NCBI RefSeq assembly: GCF_006345805.1
Contig: NC_043000.1
Location: forward strand, 53,506,001-53,570,000
Direction of reading: 5' to 3'
Source: Octopus sinensis
Lineage: Eukaryota
Length of the DNA stretch: 64,000 nt
Part shown: piece after piece, positions 1-9,496 of the stretch
Layout of the letters: every line of letters starts with the position of its first letter
Position numbering within the stretch: the first letter of the stretch is position 1
Notes under the pieces: generated by a model
The model's database searches: none
What the model saw: only the letters and a program-made list of their open reading frames with translations
What the model was told of the DNA's origin: nothing
Made by a program: the position numbers and the translations under genes

Positions 1-54
1 ATACCACTAAGCATTTTGCCTGGCATGCTACCATTTCTGCCTGCTCGCTGCCTT
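1..54 (-). mobile_element. SINE family 2, 5' head fragment
   Basis: Reverse complement resembles the head of the copies at 38663-38876 and 47803-48000. Confidence 0.5.
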
Positions 55-300
55 CTTAAAGTAAAATAATGTCACATTGGATAAAGGTGAAATAGTCATA
101 CATTTGAACACCTTCAGTTATTGGTCTGTCTGATAAGAGCTGCCTTGAGACTAAACAACTACAAAGATAACAAAGTTGAATTCAACTATAATTTTAGTCA
201 AAAAGTATATTATAGTTCTCCTTCATAACATCAATTGCAATTAGGTTGTGGTTGATGATATTAAGTAAACCCGGAATAATTAGCTTTATTTTTCAATATA

Positions 301-735
301 CAGGGTGTCTGGGTTAAATTTGACAGTTTGCAGAAAAAGAAAAGAAAGTACAATATCCCATCCAAAAATAAAATTATTTAAAAAAAATCAAAACATTAAT
401 AACTAGATTATGGTTGGGAAATAACACTTTACCCAAAACAACTGCTTTCAGCTTCCACCATTACCTCAAGATGGCTCTGGAACTTGGCATATGCATTCCT
501 CACTGAGTCTGGGAAGAATTTCAAGCACCTTCTTGATCTTGGCCATCAGCTCAGCCTTGGAGCTGCAAGCAGAATAGTTAGTGTCTTTCTCAACCATGCC
601 CTGCATATAGTAATCCATGAGATTACAATCAAGAAAAAATGGGAGGAGAGAAATTGGGCTGGTGAAGTTATAGAAATTCTGTAACAACCATTTTTGTTTA
701 CTTTTTCTAGAGGTATGGCAAGGACCCAAATCCTG
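301..735 (-). mobile_element. Tc1/mariner transposon 3' remnant (transposase C-terminus plus one terminus)
   Basis: ORF 466-729 reads PCHTSRKS...DCNLMDYYMQGMVEKDTN...KAELMAKIK, matching the Tc1/mariner C-terminus (PCHTS...SPDCNPMDY); TIR-like CAGGGTGTC at 301 follows TA. Confidence 0.75.
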
Positions 736-1398
736 CTTTTACACATGTATATATATATATATTATTTGATAAAATGAATGGTTTACACCTGGTAGCTTAC
801 TGGTAAAGCATGGTTACTTTCAGTATTTGTTATGTATATGGTAAATGAGAGACTGAAGATGGAATATATGAGATATTTTATTATTAACCATGACAATCGT
901 TTTGACATATCTAGAATCAATCCCTCATGGATGGGACACTTAACAACTAGTTCAGGAGCATCTCGTTGTGCAGATGTGTCTCAGCAGGTGATAAGTACAT
1001 GCAACTCATTAAAATAACAGTTCTGTAATGTATATTCTCATTTCCTAAAAAGAAAAGCAACAAAACAAAGGAAATATTTTCATTTATATAGAAGCTCGAA
1101 AATAAAATCACAGGTGCAAGAAAGAAACAAAGACGTGATACAGTGAGAAAAATTATTAGAAATAACTGTTAACAGATATGGATGTATAAATGCCCTCACA
1201 CAAGCTGCATGGCACATTCACACAAACATCTGTGAAAATGTAAGCATACACACATGAGAGGTTTGATGCACTCACGATCACAAAGCGAGTTAAATAGCTA
1301 CTTGCTGTTTATAAGTAAGGGGAGGTTAAAGCTAAACATAGTTCATCCATACCTTAGAGTAAATCATGTTAACAGTTGCTCAAATCATTCCTATTGCA

Positions 1399-1836
1399 TT
1401 ATACAAAAGTACATTTATATGCATGTAGCCATCTTGAGAATCTTTCAGAAATTCTATTATTGATCTTTTTTGTCCAGAGAATAGACAGGGATTCCTTGGA
1501 GCAGAGTTGGCATCTCCTGGAAATTAAATTGTATGGTTTTTCATGCCTTACTATGGACCAAGTTATGTTGTACTTAATTCTATCTTCTTTCAGTCACCAT
1601 ACAAAATCGGCAAAAGATGTTGAATGTCTCTTATTGAGTGTCTTGAAGCTGATGACATGGTTGCGATAACAATTCTTAAATAAATCAGCCTTCTGCTCAA
1701 TGTAAACATACAGTCCTCCCCTTGTGTACCCAGTACATTTATATAGAAGATTTGTACTCATACAGAGGTTCATCAATGGGCATTGTGCATGACCATTTAT
1801 CATATTTCTTTGTATATATGGCAATTCGGACTTCAT
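1399..1836 (-). pseudogene. Penelope-like retroelement GIY-YIG endonuclease remnant
   Basis: ORF 1594-1836 (CPLMNLCMSTNLLYKC...YVYIEQKADLFKNCYRNHVISFK...HSTSFADFVW) continues past an in-frame TGA as LKEDRIKYNITWSIVRHEKPYNLISRRCQLCSKESLSIL...RWLHAYK, the typical PLE endonuclease layout (CPL..C, Y-x-G, F-K-x-R-Y-x-N-H, W-x-I, C-x-L-C). Confidence 0.8.
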
Positions 1837-2030
1837 GTTCCGACGTTGTTACCGTGTTAGCTATATTATAAGCATTTCTACTATTACAATTTGGCTATAA
1901 TTGTGGTTTACATTTTCTTTGTTGGTATTTAGATGCATGTGTTCACTAGATCCAGTTGGAGGGTTATTGAACTGTTGTTGCATTTTACTATTGTCCATGC
2001 AGTGCATGAGCTACTCTAAATTAGCAGAGT

Positions 2031-2425
2031 TACTCTTTACTCTTTACTCTTTTACTTGTTTCAGTCATTTGACTGCAGCCATGCTGGAGCACCGCCTTTA
2101 GTCGAGCAAATCGATCCCAGGACTTATTCTTTGGAAGCCTAGTACTTATTCTGTCGGTCGCTTTTGCCAAACTGCTTCGTTACGGGGACGTAAACACACC
2201 AGCATCGGTTGTCAAGCAATGTTGGGGAGACACACAAACATATGCACACACAAACATATATATATATATATACATATTTACATATATACGATGTGCTTCT
2301 TTCAGTTTCCGTCTACCAGATCCACTTACAAGAATTTGGTCGGCCTGAGGCTACAGTAGAAGACACTTGTCCAAGGTGCCACACAGCTGGTAAGTAAGCT
2401 ACTTACCACACAGCTACTCCTGCAC
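2031..2425 (-). mobile_element. SINE family 1 (tRNA-derived head, internal TA/TG microsatellite), internal deletion in head
   Basis: Matches other copies in the window (e.g. 3895-4288); (TACTCTT)n tail on the plus strand. Confidence 0.85.
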
Positions 2426-2757
2426 TGATAAAAATTAGCATGATACCGATTAGATTTAGGAAAACATTTGTCCAAAGCAGTGAAAAATTTTCCAGCAATT
2501 TTCATTGAAACAAGCAAACTGAAAGTTAGGTTGAGCCAGAGGACATCTTGATCTCTATATCTGTTGTTAGGCTTATTTGATCGAGTGAACTGTACCAGAT
2601 TGGAACAATTTACAATGTTATGAACAGTTGTATTATTATTTCGCATGTATCAATGAGTTTTTGTTGATAGTTCTTTATCTTGACCTGTATTCTCTTTTTG
2701 GCCTGTATTCTCTATCTGAGTGAGTTCTCATACCACGACGCTGTAATGGTGTATGTA

Positions 2758-2794
<37 letters not shown>

Positions 2795-3083
2795 ATATAC
2801 AACAGGCATCTTTCACTTTTAGTCTACCAAATCCACTCACAAGGTTTTGGTCAGTCCAAGTTATAGTAGAAATGAGAAGAAACATTGCAGAACTGTTATT
2901 TTAATGATTTGTATCCATTTATCACACAATCAGGCATATTTGCATTGCTGGATGTGCCTGAACCAGTTGTTAAGTGTCCTATTCCTGAGGGATTGATGCA
3001 ATATATGTCAAAACAATTGTTGTGATTAATAAATAAAAATTCTCATATATTCCATCTTTCATTTACCATATATATATTTATGA

Positions 3084-3114
<31 letters not shown>

Positions 3115-3894
3115 ATATATATATATATATATGTAGCAAGCATATTGTCTACCTGGCTATTCAGCTTGAATTATATCAAGTGGGTGTATTTTGGCATTGT
3201 CAATATTTGATCACGTGATCAGGGTTGGACTGAATCCATTGCAAAAACTGAATAGTCTAAACTAGCCAATTGGTGTTTGAGCAACAGTTTTTATCCCAGC
3301 ACAGAAAAATTTTCTTCTTGCCCACCACTCATTATATAAGGAATGCTCCCTCGCTTTAAAGAGCAGAGAGGAGATCACAAGCCAAGCAGACTTCTTGTTT
3401 ATTTTTCCTGTTGCTGATGCTGCAAAACCAAGCCATGAACATGCTGCAGAATTTCACCTATGACTCAACTTCCACTATTCCAGATATGGTTTGTTAAAAT
3501 TTACAAACCAGTTACTTCTCAATATGTAAGACATTTGTAATGTAACAGTTGCAATAAAGAACAGTCATATTGAATTTACCTGATTCTTCATGTCATTAGT
3601 TTATTTACGGTAACTCCAGGTACACAGACTAGACCACTTAGTGCTTAACCAAACACAGCTACATCAAGATGAATCAGCGTTCTGACTTCAACAACAGTAG
3701 TTATTAAAATATATGGCAAATGCCATACACACATATGAGTGTGTGTGTATATGTATGTATATATATTTATAATATTCTTCAGATATATTGACTCAAATAT
3801 ATATTTTTTAACCTTTTAAAACAAGCCTTCTGTAGTTTTTTCACTTTTTACTATTTTCTATATATATATATATATATATATACATATATATATA

Positions 3895-4288
3895 GGCGCA
3901 GGAGTGGTTGTGTGGTAAGTAGCTTGCTAATCAACCACATGGTTCCGGGTGCAGTCTCACTGTGTGGCATCTTGGGCAAGTGTCTTCTGCTATAGCCCTG
4001 GGCCAACCAATGCCTTGTGAGTGGATTTGGTAGACGGAAACTGAAAGAAGCCCGTCGTATATATGTATGTGTGTGCATGTGTTTGTGTGTCCATGTTTGT
4101 CTCCCTAGCATTGCTTGACAACCGATGATGGTGTGTTTGCATCCCCGTCACTTAGCGGTTCGGCAAAAGAGACCGATAGAATAAATACTTGGCTTAAAAA
4201 GAATAAGTCCCGGGGTCGATTTGCTCGACTAAAGGTGGTGCTCCAGCATGGTCGCAGTCAAATGACTGAAACAAGTAAAAGAGAGAGT
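3895..4288 (+). mobile_element. SINE family 1, full length
   Basis: GGCGCAGGAGTGGTTGTGTGGTAAG head with A-box-like and B-box-like (GGGTGCAGTCTC) motifs, central microsatellite, GAAACAAGTAAAAGAG tail. Confidence 0.9.
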
Positions 4289-4333
4289 ATATATATATAT
4301 ATATTTATATATATACATACATATATATTTACA

Positions 4334-4493
4334 ACATGCTTCTTTCAGTTTCCATTTTCCAAATACACTCACAAGATTTTAGTCAGCCAAGACTATAGTA
4401 GAAGAAAGTTGCTCAAGGTGCCACACAGTGGGACTGAACCCAGAACCATGTGGTTGGGAAGCAAGCTTCTTACCACACAGCCACGCCTATGCC
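4334..4493 (-). mobile_element. SINE family 1, 5' half
   Basis: Reverse complement of head through GAAAGAAGC, ending in a TA tract. Confidence 0.8.
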
Positions 4494-4499
4494 TATATA

Positions 4500-4930
4500 T
4501 ATAACACTCCAAAGAAGCTCCACCACTTTGCCCCCATGAGGCCCAGCACAATGATTTTCTTATTCTGTTTGATGATACTTGTCTCACTAATATGAGATAG
4601 CTGTATGTTGTTAGTTTTAAGAAATTTACCATTCTTTCTGTCACTTTAGTAGGTTCTAGTGACATGCATTACAAGATGACTAACTATTTTGACAGCAAAT
4701 TTTATGTCAAAGTATCTTTCTCCAAGAAGAGCTAATTCTCCATGGGTTTGTCAAAATTAATAGCAACATTGTCTAATTTGAGAAATCTGTTTACCCCTTT
4801 GATGGGTCCCTGACAGTTATGACAATTCACTTGGGAGTAATAATAATTAGGGGATGATTCCACACACCTTACAACTCTAGGAAACCTGAACTGGAACTGT
4901 ATCACTAAATGCAGTTTCATCTCATATTCA
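4500..4930 (-). pseudogene. Possible decayed CR1/L2-like LINE reverse transcriptase fragment (duplicated at 6360-6790)
   Basis: Minus-strand translations LDNVAINFDKP and MVNFLKLTTYSYLILVRQVSSNRI loosely resemble LINE RT motifs (D-F-x-K-A-F-D; W-I-x-N-F-L); weak. Confidence 0.3.
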
Positions 4931-5714
4931 GGACATTTTACATATATATAAATATATATATATATATATAATATATATATATATATATGTAGCAAGCATA
5001 TTGTCTACCTGGCTATTCAGCTTGAATTATATCAAGTGGGTGTATTTTGGCATTGTCAATATTTGATCACGTGATCAGGGTTGGACTGAATCCATTGCAA
5101 AAACTGAATAGTCTAAACTAGCCAATTGGTGTTTGAGCAACAGTTTTTATCCCAGCACAGAAAAATTTTCTTCTTGCCCACCAATCATTATATAAGGAAT
5201 GCTCCCTCGCTTTAAAGAGCAGAGAGGAGATCACAAGCCAAGCAGACTTCTTGTTTATTTTTCCTGTTGCTGATGCTGCAAAACCAAGCCATGAACATGC
5301 TGCAGAATTTCACCTATGACTCAACTTCCACTATTCCAGATATGGTTTGTTAAAATTTACAAACCAGTTACTTCTCAATATGTAAGACATTTGTAATGTA
5401 ACAGTTGCAATAAAGAACAGTCATATTGAATTTACCTGATTCTTCATGTCATTAGTTTATTTACGGTAACTCCAGGTACACAGACTAGACCACTTAGTGC
5501 TTAACCAAACACAGCTACATCAAGATGAATCAGCGTTCTGACTTCAACAACAGTAGTTATTAAAATATATGGCAAATGCCATACACACATATGAGTGTGT
5601 GTGTATATGTATGTATATATATTTATAATATTCTTCAGATATATTGACTCAAATATATATTTTTTAACCTTTTAAAACAAGCCTTCTGTAGTTTTTTCAC
5701 TTTTTACTATTTTC

Positions 5715-5746
<32 letters not shown>

Positions 5747-5754
5747 TATATAGG

Positions 5755-6148
5755 CGCAGGAGTGGTTGTGTGGTAAGTAGCTTGCTAATCAACCACATGG
5801 TTCCGGGTGCAGTCTCACTGTGTGGCATCTTGGGCAAGTGTCTTCTGCTATAGCCCTGGGCCAACCAATGCCTTGTGAGTGGATTTGGTAGACGGAAACT
5901 GAAAGAAGCCCGTCGTATATATGTATGTGTGTGCATGTGTTTGTGTGTCCATGTTTGTCTCCCTAGCATTGCTTGACAACCGATGATGGTGTGTTTGCAT
6001 CCCCGTCACTTAGCGGTTCGGCAAAAGAGACCGATAGAATAAATACTTGGCTTAAAAAGAATAAGTCCCGGGGTCGATTTGCTCGACTAAAGGTGGTGCT
6101 CCAGCATGGTCGCAGTCAAATGACTGAAACAAGTAAAAGAGAGAGTAT
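5755..6148 (+). mobile_element. SINE family 1, copy within duplicated unit
   Basis: Essentially identical to 3895-4288. Confidence 0.9.
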
Positions 6149-6193
6149 ATATATATATATATTTATATATATATACATACATATATATTTACA

Positions 6194-6353
6194 ACATGCT
6201 TCTTTCAGTTTCCATTTTCCAAATACACTCACAAGATTTTAGTCAGCCAAGACTATAGTAGAAGAAAGTTGCTCAAGGTGCCACACAGTGGGACTGAACC
6301 CAGAACCATGTGGTTGGGAAGCAAGCTTCTTACCACACAGCCACGCCTATGCC
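6194..6353 (-). mobile_element. SINE family 1, 5' half (duplicated copy)
   Basis: Identical to 4334-4493. Confidence 0.8.
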
Positions 6354-6801
6354 TATATATATAACACTCCAAAGAAGCTCCACCACTTTGCCCCCATGAG
6401 GCCCAGCACAATGATTTTCTTATTCTGTTTGATGATACTTGTCTCACTAATATGAGATAGCTGTATGTTGTTAGTTTTAAGAAATTTACCATTCTTTCTG
6501 TCACTTTAGTAGGTTCTAGTGACATGCATTACAAGATGACTAACTATTTTGACAGCAAATTTTATGTCAAAGTATCTTTCTCCAAGAAGAGCTAATTCTC
6601 CATGGGTTTGTCAAAATTAATAGCAACATTGTCTAATTTGAGAAATCTGTTTACCCCTTTGATGGGTCCCTGACAGTTATGACAATTCACTTGGGAGTAA
6701 TAATAATTAGGGGATGATTCCACACACCTTACAACTCTAGGAAACCTGAACTGGAACTGTATCACTAAATGCAGTTTCATCTCATATTCAGGACATTTTA
6801 C

Positions 6802-6842
<41 letters not shown>

Positions 6843-6993
6843 CAAAATAAGAAAATGGAGGAATAGATTCCTTACAATCATCAATTTATTAACTAATTAA
6901 ATCGGAACATCCAAATCCAACAGAGTAAATCAGAATAAAACAATATGCATCAATAAGTAAGATAATACCATAAAAATAATACATATAAAATGG

Positions 6994-7121
6994 ATCTTAC
7001 AGCTGTTTCAGCCTGCAGATAAGGGTATCTCATTATGCCTATATTAATTAGATGTATTGAGGTAATATGCAGTTAAAAATGAGTTACTTATATATATATA
7101 TCTCAAGGCCTCATCAGAGAT
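6994..7121 (-). ncRNA. Type I hammerhead ribozyme motif, core intact
   Basis: Minus strand reads AUCU-CUGAUGA-GGCCU-(91 nt)-AGGCU-GAAA-C-AGCU-G-UA-AGAU: helix I AUCU/AGAU, helix II GGCCU/AGGCU, palindromic helix III, GUA cleavage triplet. Confidence 0.7.
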
Positions 7122-7357
7122 TATAAAGTACAATTATGAAGATATAAAATGCAAATATAAATATGAAGAAAAGTACACGTAAACAAGAATATGCATATAT
7201 ATATATAAGTGTATATACACATACATATACATATATATAAGTATATACATAATAATATACATACACATAAGTTTACAGTTAATCAAATATATATACTGGA
7301 GTATACATATATATCCACATCAAAGGGTCATATAGCACTGCGTATATGTGCATATTT

Positions 7358-7400
<43 letters not shown>

Positions 7401-7899
7401 GAGGGAATATTATTCCTAACTTACAGGGAAAAATTCAATTCAGAAATACTAAGTCAAATTTCACAAAATATGATATATATAACTGGAAAAAACACCTTTT
7501 ATCAATTCAATAATGAAAACTTAAATTATACCATTTACAAAATTTACATATTATAGAAAGGTTAAATATAAGATAGAACATATAACGATGATTAAGTAAT
7601 GTGCATTACTTAATCATAGTTATATGTTTTATTTAAACTTTCTATAATATGTAATTTTTCTAAATGGTATAATTTAATTTTTCATTATTGAATTTATAAA
7701 ATGTGTTTTTTTTTCTAATTCATATATATATATATATATACATACACACACACATAAAAAACAGTAAAGAAAACAGAAATAAGTGAGAGAACAATAGACA
7801 AGGTGTATTAGTTTGATGCTCATGGAAAATAACAGACGTGTTTGGTATTTTGAGCCTACACACACACAGAAACACACACACACATATATGTATATATAA

Positions 7900-8760
7900 A
7901 TGAAGTGCATTCAAAAGTATGCAACTTTATTTGTCCCCCTCCCCCCAAAAAAAACTAGTGCTGCATGGACAAAATACTTTGAGTGAGAGATGACACCACC
8001 CATTCCTGCATACATGTAAAAGTCTTCACGCTGGTAGACCATGTTAGCTCCTGGCTGTTACATCTAGAGTTCAAATGTTTAATGTGCAATCATTGGATTT
8101 TTGTTTTATGCAAAATGACCAAATACATCAAGCAGAGATTATCAATCCATGTATCATCACTAGTGATGATGGCCTTCATAGTCTAGTTTGTGGTTTGCAT
8201 AGTCCTGCATGTTCTGCGCAATTTCCATGTAAAGTTCTTTCTGCTGCTCCATCAGCACCTTGTGGACGAACTTCACTGGCACTCTCTGCATGTGCAAATC
8301 ATCCAGTTAAATGGAATGCATTGATCCTCTATTCCTTCCTAATTCATGAGCAATTTCTTGGATTGTTACACGATGGTCTTCCATGATCATTCACGGAACT
8401 TACTCAGTCAACTCCTCATTTTGGTTTGTGGATCGCCTGCTTGAAAGTGCCTCACTCTCCGCAGAGGTGTTGCCATATTTAAAGCAGTTGTAATACTCCA
8501 TGATCTGACGTTTGTTCATGGCATCATTACCCACTGTACCTTTTGGGTGGTTTGAGCTTGAATATCTCCAAGCTTTTGGGAAAATTCCATGTGACATCTC
8601 TGCTCAATGTTTTTGGTGTAAACAAAAATCCAATGAGTTCACACTGCACAAAAAGACTAACAGTAGGAAGATAATCCAACTATAAAAATCTGACGAAAAT
8701 AAGTCCCCATCCAATTCACACAAGCATGGGAAAATGGTCACTAAATGACCAAAAGAAACT
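7900..8760 (-). mobile_element. Mariner-like element, internally deleted and decayed
   Basis: Minus frames give GNDAMNKRQIMEYYNCFKYGNTSAESEA...NQNEELTE (HTH region) and KAIITSDDTWID (TGDETW motif). Confidence 0.8.
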
Positions 8761-9094
8761 ATACATGAATACATACCTACACACACACACACACACGCTC
8801 TCTCACACACACACACACATGCTCTCTCTCACACATGCATCGGCTTAGCAGCGCGCATCGGCTTAGCAGCGCGCGCTCCGTTGCGGGTTCGTTTAAGTGA
8901 GAAGTGGAAGAAACGGAACCTCCTGCTTAGTGCGCGAGTAGACGGGGTTGCTGCGCCAGCATGCAGCACCCCTGTCGAACGTAACTTTCTGTACCGCCGA
9001 CGAGTCGTCGCTCGTCGGCGTCCGGCTCGGGCCCCGGTCTCGCGGAGCGACGTACAAACTCTGAGTGGAACACCGCGACTGCCTGTTGTCGAAG

Positions 9095-9300
9095 CGGCGC
9101 CTCGTGAACGGATCGAGGGCGAGGAGCGTGTCCCTATCTACTGTCTAGCGAATGCAGAGCCGAGGGTACGGGCTTGAAGAAGTTCTCGGTATCGAGCGCG
9201 GGTAAACGGCGGGAGTAACTTGGACTCTCTTCAGTGAACGGATCGAAGGCGACGAGGATATTGCCGCTGTCCCTATCTACTACTGTCTAGCGATAAGCAG
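9095..9300 (+). pseudogene. Rearranged 28S (LSU) rRNA domain IV fragments
   Basis: 9195-9220 AGCGCGGGTAAACGGCGGGAGTAACT equals the conserved eukaryotic LSU sequence as recalled, followed by GACTCTCTT; 9129-9176 matches TGTCCCTATCTACTATCTAGCGAAACCACAGCCAAGGGAACGGGCTTG with about 6 mismatches in 48; second copy at 9267-9293. Confidence 0.8.
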
Positions 9301-9496
9301 AGCTGAGTTACGACGAAGACCACGAGTGTGTGTGTCCGTGTGTTATCCACGCGCATCGAAGCGGCGATTTCACTTGAGAGAGTTCTCGGTCGAGTGCACG
9401 AGTCGAAAGAGTTATGCGGCCGGTCGATTGCCGGGGAGTAAGTCTGAGTTACGACGAAGACCACGAGTGTGTGTGTCCGTGTGTTATCGACGCGAG

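Larger units (their letters stand above)
3133..6801 (+). repeat. Tandem duplication of a ~1.86 kb unit (3133-4941 and 4989-6801)
   Basis: Unique flanks GTAGCAAGCATATTG at 3133 and 4989, and CTCATATTCAGGACATTTTAC at 4921 and 6781; copies differ by a C/A change (CCACCACTC vs CCACCAATC) and TA-tract lengths; breakpoints lie in (TA)n tracts. Confidence 0.95.
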
